From a virus (Duplodnaviria > Caudoviricetes), in IMG/VR virus record IMGVR_UViG_3300042894_007079, positions 785 to 64,784 of that record: DNA of 64,000 nucleotides; one strand, written 5' to 3'. Made by a program: the position numbers and the translations under genes. The notes under the pieces are model-generated. The model was not told the DNA's origin and ran no database searches. It worked only from the letters and a program-made list of their open reading frames with translations. This document shows positions 34,801 to 44,696 of this stretch, one piece after another. Positions within the stretch are counted from its first letter, which is position 1, and each line of letters starts with the position of its first letter.

Positions 34801-37659
34801 ACAACTAATTTTCCATCTGGTGTCACTACTACTGGTAGAATGGTATTCAATGATTTTGAAGGAGATATGTATATTACTACTGATTCTACATTAGGATATG
34901 TCATGAGAGTTAATTCAAATAGGTCTATACAAACAAACTATGCAATTCCTGGATTAACACATTCAATTTTTTATGAACCGGTTTATGAATCAATTTATGT
35001 TTATGGTTCATCAAATTTATATCAAATTGATAATGGTGTAACTCAGTCTATATCAATCAATACTTCTGGTTTTAATGATGTTATATTTAATAACTTGACT
35101 GGAGAGATGAATATTTCTGATTCTTCACTTAACTTTACTAAGTTAGATTTGACTACTGATTTACCGACTCAATACGGACTTGCGGATTATGGATATTTAG
35201 AACTAAATCAATTCGATGGTGATGTTTATTTATCGTCACAATCCTTTAATAAAATTTTAGTTATTCGACCATCTGATGGTTCTGTTCAAAGTTCAATTCC
35301 TTTATCGGCTGGTACTACAAAATTAGTTTATAATCCAGAAAGAAAGTCTATTTGGTCAATACAACCATCTCTTAATACTCTTATTGAAGTTGAGGTTACA
35401 GTTAATAGTCAAATAAATATTTTACCGGCTACTTACAGTCCAGTTGATGATAATTTATACGGAACATTAGATCCGAATTATGTACCAAAGACTGATATGT
35501 GGATAAAAACTCGTGAATATATCAGAAGACCAAGAGAGAATTATGAAGGTGATATTTCTGTTCAATACTACTGGAGATGGATAAATGATCAAAGACCGGA
35601 GTTTTTCTTCTATGATTTTTCTGGTGACCAATTGCCGATAACCGGTTCGTATGCTTATATTGGTCCAAAGCCACTTGAGCCTGCTACTTTAAATAGAAAT
35701 CCAAATAAAGATTATATGCTTGTTTCGGAACCGGCTTTTCAACAAACAATATTTAGTAGCGTTACAAAGACTTTAAGTTACATAGATGATAATGATGATA
35801 TATCTATTGAGCCTGAACCATTACAATTGTTTATGGGCTTTAAATCTGAAGATGAGGGTCCACTTGGTCAGGTTTTACAATTAATAAAAAAAGAAGATAT
35901 ATCTGTAACAATAGATTCAAACCTAACAACTGGTATAAGTATGTATACTTCAGTCGATGGTGGTGATAGAAGAGGTATAATTAATATTGATAGCACTTCT
36001 TCTGAAGTTTTTACAGGATATGGATTGAAACCTAAACAAATTATTGTTTTAAATCTTTATGATGTAACGAATAGTGAAAATCAATATGCTTCTGCAAATC
36101 ATGCTTCTTTATTTTTAATTAGAGAAGTTTATACAAAGACAATTGTTTTAGATTTTATAAACAACACTGATACTCTTTTTAATGAAAGAACAGTGGTGCC
36201 TAATTTTCCAACTTCTGGTAATGTTACTTATCTTAGAATGGAAATTAAAGTCAAAGACAGAGAGTTAGGTAGATTTGCGGTCTATGGTCAAACAGAAGAA
36301 GAGGATGAAAGATTTAAAATAGAGTTAAGTAATGTTGGTAAATTGATAGCTCCTGATGAAGTTTTTATTTTTAAAGAATATGATATTTTAGAAGGTGGTA
36401 TTGATTGGACAATTCTTAATAGAAAAAGAAAAGAAATGTTAATGATGAAGCATTTGATATATCCATATATCGGTGCTTACAAATCAATTATTAATGCTAT
36501 CAACTATTTTGGTTACAATGATTTGCAATTAAATGAATATTATAAAAATATAAATAGAAATTCTCCCGACTTCTTAAAACTATTTAAAGTGGAAATTCCA
36601 GATATATTTGACAATACTGTTGAAGGCTGGACAGAAAACGATTATATAAGTAATACTTATCCTAATGAAAATTTTGAGGAAACAAATTTATTTAACTTAA
36701 CTTATTTCATAACAGATAAAGATGGTAATAACGTATTAAATTATAGTTTAGATGAAGTAATAATTAAACTACAGGGTTTAAAGTATTGGTTAAAGAAAAA
36801 TATAATACCACTAACACATAAAATTTTAGATATTACTGGTAGATCCTATTTCAATCACGGTACATATATTACTCATAAAATGGTTGATATAAGAAGTATA
36901 AAAATTAAAGATGATATGTCACCAGTGACATTTAAGTTGAATGAGACTTATTTAATGCCTGTGAATAGTGGTTCTACTGTTTATAATTGTGTTTTAGACT
37001 TTTACTCTATTTTACCTGGATTCGGTGCTGAAATCAAACCTTCTAGATTTGGAATTCAAGAAAAACCAAAAGTTTATTTAGGAATGACTGTTAGTTTGCC
37101 TGATACTTTTGATGTCAAAATTAGAACTTACAAAACTTATAAAGAGTGGGCTCCGTTTGTCACCTATAATACTGGTGACAAAGTAACCTATTTTGGTAAA
37201 CTTTACGAATCTGTTATTGATAATAATAGAGTTAAAAATCCAAGAAGATTTGAAAACACAACATCCTGGACATCTGATATTACATATCAAACAGCTACAG
37301 TTGTAAACTACGACAGAGAGTTTTATTCTTATAGTGGTTTAGGTTCTACTCAGTCAGTTGCTAGTCCTAATTTAGATGCTGGTAATTGGTTAAAGATTAC
37401 AGAGTGGAAACAAATTGATTTTGAACCTGTTCAGACAATAAATGAATTTAGAGAAGGAACAAATTTACTTCCATTCAATTTTGTAATAGATTCAAATATC
37501 GATCCATTTTTAGTTATAGAGGTGACTAGTGATAATGGATATGGAGAAGTTTTTAGAGATAGGAAAAATTATGAAATTAGAGGTCTTAAAGATTTACAAG
37601 AGCCTTATAGATTTATCGATCCAATAGGTCCATTTGTTCCTATTAGTCCAGTTTATTAA
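31804..37659 (+). CDS. Large virion protein, baseplate wedge-like, with beta-propeller and CBM-like modules
   Basis: 1951 aa with late promoter at 31771-31779. YNP..N.LY propeller repeats; GAYKSIINAINYFGY wedge-like motif; YNTGDKVTY.GKLY CBM5/12-like motif. Confidence 0.6.
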   Translation: MLNHKNLIFFNKEGDALNFNYNNTLDRFEGSMLFHENSNDTFKTYGLYMFEKVEDFEFEVPGELTTNKFQLFNEYGLHLYGAKYSQQQIERIEPVNNDSDFYTKWIYGENFHVKFPIGTIIKFDSTIYEFLDTNRTYVVVGQKLGAIMIVSQMDNDTFETSYYNQYTAAGFVISNLNGTGTNLATSSTQSIYFGKTITGVNAVGVYNYIDSLYNDNLSLWNEPSFYDKYYVGKKLNIMNSAKQADDSISFPPYYTPLIVTVDNPDLTDQSHFEYILSKNDLPVDTDLIIEVITRTDVPKVYEGQLTISNDGKILAESYPQILKPGTEFKIIGSLNNTNFFNVSYAPEWNGIVNETFFATYSQVVYNNQIYECQQAYTQSFGSASTQFITPDDVNYWGQPTYIYVDQGTAAESILFGQIYLTTDKYYYVYPFTQSQQTTLASAAEKYVDDLKIFNIDLYYQKNRLNADLIYPSKYAKVNFYHTSVGLTYSIGGVKQTVERLCGVKQELNYELNYDISENFEYNVVFTDLDEYGFKILINGQVYEEELASVYSGAFLDMERTIDRTLRNWLQRNFIRLYTIGIRADLAYTGNFTSVFYNSIRFKTQYPNVPLELEEVIVGITADYFIEHSRILFNTGTYSMPYLSLKINGTDYSVSSVPVSSNVTDVPATITKWVEEHSLTLLERGIIVKDINYLLKIDVKSVQNNLEIVVSNGRVNIPGLLDWTVTKKIKGNIGMFVASNEVLLPTSSTASFEQAGFATGMLFGINNTVWPWVNQEFNVQFLDPHVMNLSYQGPFWGLTDSVCNSSAFITLAFNLGFGQTACVVPVGPTGTGGPFDLLAFSSGFSLTYITNTYNTNAYNLSSYPGSSGLVDIKYVQISNSLYGFGDSLVVVDAYLGQYLQTINLPGNTQSIEMEYNPINNYLYCLSEQNIYVVDPIVNMLISQISFTASTSFPDPTCLARDIEINPVNGDVYITYQNRARVDIWSENNLTNNRSAYLDSSTTNFPSGVTTTGRMVFNDFEGDMYITTDSTLGYVMRVNSNRSIQTNYAIPGLTHSIFYEPVYESIYVYGSSNLYQIDNGVTQSISINTSGFNDVIFNNLTGEMNISDSSLNFTKLDLTTDLPTQYGLADYGYLELNQFDGDVYLSSQSFNKILVIRPSDGSVQSSIPLSAGTTKLVYNPERKSIWSIQPSLNTLIEVEVTVNSQINILPATYSPVDDNLYGTLDPNYVPKTDMWIKTREYIRRPRENYEGDISVQYYWRWINDQRPEFFFYDFSGDQLPITGSYAYIGPKPLEPATLNRNPNKDYMLVSEPAFQQTIFSSVTKTLSYIDDNDDISIEPEPLQLFMGFKSEDEGPLGQVLQLIKKEDISVTIDSNLTTGISMYTSVDGGDRRGIINIDSTSSEVFTGYGLKPKQIIVLNLYDVTNSENQYASANHASLFLIREVYTKTIVLDFINNTDTLFNERTVVPNFPTSGNVTYLRMEIKVKDRELGRFAVYGQTEEEDERFKIELSNVGKLIAPDEVFIFKEYDILEGGIDWTILNRKRKEMLMMKHLIYPYIGAYKSIINAINYFGYNDLQLNEYYKNINRNSPDFLKLFKVEIPDIFDNTVEGWTENDYISNTYPNENFEETNLFNLTYFITDKDGNNVLNYSLDEVIIKLQGLKYWLKKNIIPLTHKILDITGRSYFNHGTYITHKMVDIRSIKIKDDMSPVTFKLNETYLMPVNSGSTVYNCVLDFYSILPGFGAEIKPSRFGIQEKPKVYLGMTVSLPDTFDVKIRTYKTYKEWAPFVTYNTGDKVTYFGKLYESVIDNNRVKNPRRFENTTSWTSDITYQTATVVNYDREFYSYSGLGSTQSVASPNLDAGNWLKITEWKQIDFEPVQTINEFREGTNLLPFNFVIDSNIDPFLVIEVTSDNGYGEVFRDRKNYEIRGLKDLQEPYRFIDPIGPFVPISPVY

Positions 37660-37662
37660 AAC

Positions 37663-37692
37663 AAAAAAACCCACTTTGAAAGTGGGTTTTTT
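37663..37692. terminator. Bidirectional terminator
   Basis: AAAAAACCCACTTT-G-AAAGTGGGTTTTTT between convergent genes. Confidence 0.85.
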
Positions 37693-37710
37693 ATTTGGTA
37701 AATTTATTTA

Positions 37711-38367
37711 TTAAAGAACTTCACCCTGTAATGTTTCAACAGTTCTCTCTTCTTCAATACTAACACCATCCTCAAATGTAGCACACCAGTTTTGAATTTC
37801 ACCGCTAAGATTTTTAGCTGCTGTGTCGTAGAAATTAAATACTTTTGAAATATCACCAATTCTTTTCAAAATATTAGCAAAAGTATAAGAGTCTTTTGTA
37901 AGACCTTTAACTTTATGTTTTGCAATTAGGTGATAGATATATGTAATCTCAGTTGCGTCAACTTCAAAAGCAATCAATTGATCGTCATTTGTAAATTTTG
38001 TATCTTTCATTGAAGCCAAAAGATTGGTTAATTCAATAGCAAAAAATACCGTATTTACATCGTATTCTAATTTTGTAAGAAGTAAATCTGTTAAAAATTT
38101 CCATTGAGGTCTAGTCAGATGAAAATTGTACTTAGCAACTCTTAAAATATCTGTGTATTCTTTCCACATTATTTGAGCGTTTTTGTAAAGTTCGTCTTTT
38201 TCTTGTTCAGATTTTCCTTTACCCTCGTTAGTTTTCATGTAAGTCTCAATTAAATTAATTTGAGAATCTAATCTTACTTCATTTTCTGTTGAAATCAAAA
38301 GATTTTGTACTTCATTTTCAAAGAAAGATACTTCTGGTTTTACCACATTTGTTTCTATTTTAGCCAT
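37711..38367 (-). CDS. Hypothetical protein
   Basis: 218-aa ORF in a minus-strand run. Confidence 0.6.
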   Translation of the reverse strand: MAKIETNVVKPEVSFFENEVQNLLISTENEVRLDSQINLIETYMKTNEGKGKSEQEKDELYKNAQIMWKEYTDILRVAKYNFHLTRPQWKFLTDLLLTKLEYDVNTVFFAIELTNLLASMKDTKFTNDDQLIAFEVDATEITYIYHLIAKHKVKGLTKDSYTFANILKRIGDISKVFNFYDTAAKNLSGEIQNWCATFEDGVSIEEERTVETLQGEVL

Positions 38368-38389
38368 ATTCTTTATTTTTTATTTTTTT

Positions 38390-38641
38390 TTATCCTTTAA
38401 TAACGTTTGTTGATGTTATATCAAATAATTCATCTAAAGATGATAATTTGTCTTTAGCATTTGTATATTTTTCAATCCACTTGTCGTGCTCTTCCATCAA
38501 ATCGGAGTGTTCTCCAATTGCTACTAAATTTGTTGTGTAAAGAGCTAAGTTTGCTTTAGCTTCTTCGATTTCAGCTTCGTATTTTTTTCTTAGAGCTGAA
38601 ATGTAATTCTTTCCTAATTCGCTTGTTGTAATCATAATCAA
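38390..38641 (-). CDS. Hypothetical coiled-coil protein
   Basis: ALRKKYEAEIEEA..IGEHSDL. Confidence 0.55.
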   Translation of the reverse strand: MIMITTSELGKNYISALRKKYEAEIEEAKANLALYTTNLVAIGEHSDLMEEHDKWIEKYTNAKDKLSSLDELFDITSTNVIKG

Positions 38642-39066
38642 ATAATAAATTCTTCGTCTTTAGCATCTTTTTGTTGCTCCTGATATAATTCTTCTACTTT
38701 GTTAGCTCTGGCTACTTTTTCAACGCCATATTTGTTAACAAGAGATGAAAATGTGTTTAGGTCGGTTTTGACCAATTTTACTTTTCCACTATCAATATTA
38801 ATATTGATTTTATCAATTTCTTGTTCAAACAAAATAGTCGAAGATTCCTCGTCATAAGCGTTCAATAAATCTTCGTTTATTGTTATTTTTAATTCTTTTT
38901 GTAAAATAAAAGAATAGTCATCTGCAATTTTTGCAATTTTGACTAGGTTTTTTTGTTTTGAATCACCAATAAATTGAAATTTAAGTGAAATTGGAAATGA
39001 TTTTTTATTAAAAATGTTATAAAAATCATCAATGGTGTCTTGCGACAATTCATAAAATCTGTCCAT
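38638..39066 (-). CDS. Hypothetical protein
   Basis: Coupled ORF. Confidence 0.55.
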   Translation of the reverse strand: MDRFYELSQDTIDDFYNIFNKKSFPISLKFQFIGDSKQKNLVKIAKIADDYSFILQKELKITINEDLLNAYDEESSTILFEQEIDKININIDSGKVKLVKTDLNTFSSLVNKYGVEKVARANKVEELYQEQQKDAKDEEFII

Positions 39067-39109
39067 AGAAAAGTTATTTTTTTATTATAACTTATTTAAT
39101 TGACAAAGT

Positions 39110-39568
39110 TTATAAAAATAAAAAAAATAATAAAGATGTAATTGTAATAACAGAAGCTGGAATTACTTTCCAATATAAATTGTTATAATATTTGTTGCTC
39201 TGAAATTGCGAGAATCCATAAACTAAAAGATATGAATATTTATCTACTTTTTTAATTTCATAATATTCATAAAGTTCAGTTAGACCTTTTGTATCTAAGA
39301 ACTTTTTTAGTTCCATTCCGTACTCGGTGATAAAGTTTTCTGAAATTTTATCTATATCTGATTTACGAAGAGAATATTCTTCACCAATTAATTCCTCTGG
39401 AATATTTAAAACGGTATACATTCTATGCGCGCCATCAATTCTTAAATTAAACTTTGATTCTAATTCTTTCTTAGAATCTTTAACAATTTTTTTATAACTA
39501 TTAAATAATTTAATTTTTTTCCAAAGTGAAATATTTTTTTTCATACCCCTTATATTGTTATTCTTCAT
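39110..39568 (-). CDS. Hypothetical protein with C-terminal TM helix
   Basis: Ends VIPASVITITSLLFFLFL. Confidence 0.55.
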   Translation of the reverse strand: MKNNNIRGMKKNISLWKKIKLFNSYKKIVKDSKKELESKFNLRIDGAHRMYTVLNIPEELIGEEYSLRKSDIDKISENFITEYGMELKKFLDTKGLTELYEYYEIKKVDKYSYLLVYGFSQFQSNKYYNNLYWKVIPASVITITSLLFFLFL

Positions 39569-39573
39569 TTTGT

Positions 39574-42500
39574 TTAGAATAATTGTCCTCCTGATGATGG
39601 ATATTTTCCTTCTGATTGGTCTGAAATAAACTCATCTACTGAAGCAACTGATCTATCTATATTTTTTAACACTTTTAAGATTTCATCCATTCTTTTAAAT
39701 AATTTACGTTCTTTTTCTGCATCTTTATTCATAGGTCCAGCTCCTCTTCCAATTCCTTCTTTTACTCTAGTAATTTCAGACCTGACTGCAGCCATCGGTC
39801 TTGTAGGTTGTGGTCCACCTTCTTTTACAGATCTACCATCTGCTATAGCTCGTGTTATTCCACCTAACATTCTAGCATCAGATATGTTCAATACTTTCAT
39901 AGCGCCTCCTAATTTCATAAGAGCCGTGGCTAATTTATCATATGCGCCGGCTAATGTTATCATTCTTCTTGCAATCTTAGAGATTGGGTCATTTCCAAAT
40001 AATCCATTAATACCATCACCCATAGATTTTAAGAAACCTTTACTATCTTCTGCTTCTGCTAATTTTTTAACTATAAAGTTGAAATCTAACATATTTTTTC
40101 CAACCTTTTTCATATAGTTAGGGTCTATATCAAGTTTAAAGAATTTTCTACCTTGAAATAATATTCTTGCTACTCTGACCATTCTAAGTGCGGTGTCTGC
40201 TACAATGTCACCTGTCGATTTACTTGATGCTCCTGTTGCTTTCATTATTAAAAAACCAACTGGATTTGCTACGGCTAGTAAACCTTCACCTAATGCACCA
40301 AGCGCGCCTTTATTCATCGACTTTTCTTGAGTCTTCAACCACTTAGTTAAATTCATAAATTGATAAAAAATACCATTTGGTCTGAGTAAATAATTACCCC
40401 ATCTATATACATCATCTGAAACACGTAGGTCAAATGCTTTTCTATTTTTCCAAAAAATTTGAGCAGTTCCTGCTAACCCTTTAGCGATATTCTGAGTTCT
40501 CCATATTTCTTTTTGACTGGCTTTAAGTGTTCTTGCTGTTCTACTAAAAGATTGTAAAGCGTTTTTAACTTTCCAACTCCACTTTTTTGACGGTACTCCT
40601 GTTTCTGATAGTTGAAGCCAGTTTTTTACTTCTCCGAATTTCTTAGCACTAAAAACAATTGCTGATGAAATAGCTTTTATACTTGATATCATAAGTGAGA
40701 CTTTAGTTGCTCCTTCCATAACTTCTGATTTCATAAGAGTTTTTATTACTGGTGAGAATGCACCGATTGCTTTGGAAACCCCTGATGCCCATTTCACACT
40801 TGGGTAGTTATCAAATTGTGCTTTGTTTTTTGAGAAAATTTTAGCAGATTCAACAATACCATAAGTTATTGCCTTTATTCCTTTTTTGACCGCATAAATT
40901 GAAACACCTGTACCAAAAAGACCTTTCTGTTCCATCAGAATCTTATAAACCGGTGCAAAAGCTCCGATTGCTTTTCCTACTCCTTCGGACCATTCTTTTT
41001 TCGGTCCACCGGTGAAGGCTACCTTTGCTCCCGCAAAGAACCAAGCGGCATCAACTATACCCTGAGATATTGTTTTAATTGCTTGTGCGAATTGTTTAGG
41101 ACTTGGTCCAACTCCTGAGAATAAAGTTAGAATACCACCCTTCATCATCATTTTATAAACTGGTGCAAACGCACCTAAAGAAATTGCTACACCTTCGGCC
41201 CACTCTTTTGTTGGTCCTTTTTTAAATGCTGCGCTACTTTTATTAAATATCCATGCCACATCTACAATTGATTGCGCAATTATTTTAACAGCACTCTGAC
41301 CCGCTTTTAGAGCCACATATCCTAATCCTAGTGAACCAACAATAAAACCACCTAACGTAAGTACAGATAGACCAAATACGGTCATTAACGAACCTACACT
41401 GACCGCCCACTGCCATCCTGGATACTTATCATATTTACCACCTGAGATTATTTTATCTACTTTTACAATTGTTTTTGCAATTAGTGGAACTGCTAAAGTA
41501 CCCGCCACTATTGCCACTGCTCCTAATCCAAAACCTGTAATTGCTAATATACCTAAAGATACCACAGCGTATCCAAATCCAGTCATTGTGGTACCAACAC
41601 TAAGTATCCATTTCCAATCAGGGTATTTAGTATACTTTCCTTTTGATATAATCTTATCAACATCAACAATAGTTTGAGCTATTTTTGGAACCATTTTAGT
41701 TCCTATGATAATTGCTAATGCGCCAAGTCCCATACCTTGAATTGAAAGTATACCTAAGGCAACAACGGCAGCTCCAAATCCAGTCATTGTTATTCCTACA
41801 CTTGCTATCCACTCTGCTCCTGGATACTTATTATATTTACCTTTACTGATTATCTTATCAACATCAACAATAGTTTGAGCTATTTTTGGAACCATTTTAG
41901 TTCCTATGATAATTGCTAATGCGCCTAATCCTAAACCAGTTATTGATAATATACCTAATCCTACTACTGCGGCTCCAAATAAAGTCATTGATGTTCCAAC
42001 ACTTGCTATCCAACCGAGACCAGGATATTTATTGTATTTACCTTTACTAATAATGCTATCTGTTTTGACAATTGTTTTTGCTATTAGAGGTACCATTAAA
42101 GTACCAATCATTATTGCTGCTGCTCCTAACCCTAAACCTGTAAGTGCTATGAAACCTAATCCTACTACTGCTGCTCCAAATCCAGTCATTGCAAGTCCTA
42201 CTGCCAATACCCATCCTAAACTAGGGTATTTAGTATATTTACCCATAGCTATTATATGTGAAGATATTGCAACTGCTGCGGCGATTAATGGTACCATCAA
42301 TACACCTAAAGCGATTGCACCTGCTCCAACACCTGATACTGCGGCTATACCAACTAATAATACGGCTGGTAACATTGCAAGAACTACAAGTCCTAAACCT
42401 ATACCAAATAAAACTATATTTAATATTTGTGTAGGATCCATTTTAGCTGTCATTGCCAAAATATGAGATGATAACATTATTGCTAGTGATAATGCAACGA

Positions 42501-43809
42501 AAATTAATGGTATAAGAAGTGATGCTCCTTTTCCTACAATTTTATCAATTACAGTAACTCCAAGAGCTATTGGTACAAAGAAGTAAGACATCACGGCAAA
42601 CAATATGGCTATACCAAGTGCTGTTAAGAATTGAAATAAACCAATTGGTGCAACTAATTGTAGTATCCAGGATGAAAGTGTTATTGCGGTTGCTATTGCG
42701 ACTAAAACAAGTGGTAGTAACCAAGCAGCTTTTTTCGCATTTAACAGTTTATCTATTAAGACTATAGCCGCTGCAATCTCAACCATAGTAAATCCAATAA
42801 TCATAAAGATTGCTGAGATAGCTATTGCTGTAAGTGCTTGTAATAAACCTATTGGTACAATTAACTGCATAATCCAAGAAGACATTGTAATTGCTGTGGC
42901 TACTGCTACTAATACCAATGGAAATATCCAAGTCGCTTTTTTCCCTAATATTTTATCAGTTAGTAAAATTGCCGTTGCGATTCTTTGTAGAGAAAGTCCA
43001 ATTATGGCAAATACTGCCGAAATGGCTATTGCTGTAAGTGCTTGTAGCATACCAATTGGTACGATAGCAGACATTACCCAAGATGACATTGTTACTGCGG
43101 TTGCTATTGCCACCATTATCAGTGGAACTGCCCATAGGTTTTTAGTACCCAATATTCTATGAAATGCTACAATACCTATTGCGAGTTTTTCTAAGCTCAT
43201 TCCAATAATAGCAAACATTCCGGCAATTGCTCCGGCTGTCAATAGTTGTATAACACCGACTGGTACAATCATTCTAAGTATCCAGGATGACATAGTTATA
43301 GCAATAGACATTGTGACCATTGTTAATGATGCAACCATTGCTTCTTTTAAAGATAGTTTTAGTCTAGCAACTTTTTCAAAAGCTTGCGCAACAACCCAAA
43401 TAGCAAGTCCAAGTGCAATTACTGATATAAAGTCTATTTTTCCAACTAGTTTGAAGGCCATACCAATTGCTAGTACTGCTACTGCTATAAGTAAGATTGT
43501 ACCGATGCCTTTTTTAAGAGCACTTTCTTTCTTTTTGTCTTTGCCTATATCTTCCATAAAAGCATCTTTTTTAGATTCTTTTTCTTTGGAAATTGCTGGA
43601 ATAGTTTTTTGTTGTTTTAAAATCTCTTGAGTATCTGCCTTAATTGATTTTAGTTGAGTATTAATACTTTGAAGTTGTTTACCAAAGTCACCACCTTGTA
43701 AAGCTTGCACAGAAGAGCTTTTAGCTTCTTGCTTACTTTCTAAAGCGGAAGCTATCTCTTCTAAGACAGTGCCTAAGTTTTCTAATGCTGCGAGTAATCT
43801 TTGGTCCAT
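39574..43809 (-). CDS. Large hydrophobic repeat protein, tape-measure-like
   Basis: 1411 aa, Ala/Gly/Ile-rich, ~67-aa repeats (KTIV.VDKIISKGKY.KYP..W); late promoter at 43827-43835. Confidence 0.55.
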   Translation of the reverse strand: MDQRLLAALENLGTVLEEIASALESKQEAKSSSVQALQGGDFGKQLQSINTQLKSIKADTQEILKQQKTIPAISKEKESKKDAFMEDIGKDKKKESALKKGIGTILLIAVAVLAIGMAFKLVGKIDFISVIALGLAIWVVAQAFEKVARLKLSLKEAMVASLTMVTMSIAITMSSWILRMIVPVGVIQLLTAGAIAGMFAIIGMSLEKLAIGIVAFHRILGTKNLWAVPLIMVAIATAVTMSSWVMSAIVPIGMLQALTAIAISAVFAIIGLSLQRIATAILLTDKILGKKATWIFPLVLVAVATAITMSSWIMQLIVPIGLLQALTAIAISAIFMIIGFTMVEIAAAIVLIDKLLNAKKAAWLLPLVLVAIATAITLSSWILQLVAPIGLFQFLTALGIAILFAVMSYFFVPIALGVTVIDKIVGKGASLLIPLIFVALSLAIMLSSHILAMTAKMDPTQILNIVLFGIGLGLVVLAMLPAVLLVGIAAVSGVGAGAIALGVLMVPLIAAAVAISSHIIAMGKYTKYPSLGWVLAVGLAMTGFGAAVVGLGFIALTGLGLGAAAIMIGTLMVPLIAKTIVKTDSIISKGKYNKYPGLGWIASVGTSMTLFGAAVVGLGILSITGLGLGALAIIIGTKMVPKIAQTIVDVDKIISKGKYNKYPGAEWIASVGITMTGFGAAVVALGILSIQGMGLGALAIIIGTKMVPKIAQTIVDVDKIISKGKYTKYPDWKWILSVGTTMTGFGYAVVSLGILAITGFGLGAVAIVAGTLAVPLIAKTIVKVDKIISGGKYDKYPGWQWAVSVGSLMTVFGLSVLTLGGFIVGSLGLGYVALKAGQSAVKIIAQSIVDVAWIFNKSSAAFKKGPTKEWAEGVAISLGAFAPVYKMMMKGGILTLFSGVGPSPKQFAQAIKTISQGIVDAAWFFAGAKVAFTGGPKKEWSEGVGKAIGAFAPVYKILMEQKGLFGTGVSIYAVKKGIKAITYGIVESAKIFSKNKAQFDNYPSVKWASGVSKAIGAFSPVIKTLMKSEVMEGATKVSLMISSIKAISSAIVFSAKKFGEVKNWLQLSETGVPSKKWSWKVKNALQSFSRTARTLKASQKEIWRTQNIAKGLAGTAQIFWKNRKAFDLRVSDDVYRWGNYLLRPNGIFYQFMNLTKWLKTQEKSMNKGALGALGEGLLAVANPVGFLIMKATGASSKSTGDIVADTALRMVRVARILFQGRKFFKLDIDPNYMKKVGKNMLDFNFIVKKLAEAEDSKGFLKSMGDGINGLFGNDPISKIARRMITLAGAYDKLATALMKLGGAMKVLNISDARMLGGITRAIADGRSVKEGGPQPTRPMAAVRSEITRVKEGIGRGAGPMNKDAEKERKLFKRMDEILKVLKNIDRSVASVDEFISDQSEGKYPSSGGQLF
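41651..41925. repeat. Two identical 74-bp direct repeats 201 bp apart (41651-41724 and 41852-41925)
   Basis: ATCTTATCAACATC...GCTAATGCGCC present twice. Confidence 0.9.
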
Positions 43810-43881
43810 ATTTAATTGATTCCAATTATATATTAAAAACTAACTATTCTTTACTTAATATATATAGAAAATAAAAGTCGT

Positions 43882-44340
43882 ATGACAGAAGTGAAAAGAC
43901 TAATTAAATATTACCTTTTAGGTGAGTCTTTGAAAGAGATTGAGATGAACAAAATTCTCGATAAAATCTCAAGAAAAAAGAAATTGACAATTAGAGAAAA
44001 GAATTTCTTAGAATTGTATAATGAAACATCTGAAGATGATGCAAGAGATTATATGATGTTATCAAAAAATGTGGCTTTCAAAAGATTAAAACATTTATTA
44101 GATAATGGAAAAAAGATAATTTGTGACTTACATGATAGAAATGGTAAAATTGGTCTACAGATTATTGATTTAGAAAATGATATTGAAAATGAATTTTGTG
44201 AAATAAAATTAAAAGACCAATCAATATTCAAATTACAAGACAAATTTTTATATAACATAACATATAACTTAAAGAAAAATCTTTATTCTTTGACAGAACA
44301 AGATGAATACTTCGAAAAAATAGAACATACAAATGATTAA
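43882..44340 (+). CDS. Hypothetical protein with DUF6576-like segment
   Basis: MNKILDKISRKKKLTIREKNFL; late promoter at 43856-43864. Confidence 0.55.
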   Translation: MTEVKRLIKYYLLGESLKEIEMNKILDKISRKKKLTIREKNFLELYNETSEDDARDYMMLSKNVAFKRLKHLLDNGKKIICDLHDRNGKIGLQIIDLENDIENEFCEIKLKDQSIFKLQDKFLYNITYNLKKNLYSLTEQDEYFEKIEHTND

Positions 44341-44656
44341 AAAATTTAAAGAATTTATTAATGAAGAAGTTTCTGGTACTGAAATTCCACAAAAGAATAA
44401 AGGTAGTTATTTTGGACCGGCTTATGGAGATACCGTAAGTCCAAACACAATCAATGCTTTTCACACAAGTATGACGAGTGTTGGTGGTGTTGATAATAAA
44501 AACTCTAAAAACGATTTAACTTCTGATATTTTTACAATAGACGACTATAAAGAAATGAGAATAGAATATCTTAAAGCCGGTGGAAAAGAATCAGATTTAA
44601 GTGGTGATAAAGAGGTAGATATTCCTATAATGTCTGAATTTTTAAACAATGATTAA
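44333..44656 (+). CDS. Protein with CTS-like leader
   Basis: MIKKFKEFINEE. Confidence 0.6.
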   Translation: MIKKFKEFINEEVSGTEIPQKNKGSYFGPAYGDTVSPNTINAFHTSMTSVGGVDNKNSKNDLTSDIFTIDDYKEMRIEYLKAGGKESDLSGDKEVDIPIMSEFLNND

Positions 44657-44696
44657 GGAATTGAATATATAAATTGATAAAAACAGAAATCAAATT

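Noticed and set aside
39884-43630. Several plus-strand ORFs opposite the 1411-aa gene
   Set aside because: Antisense shadows of a codon-biased hydrophobic gene; no independent signals.
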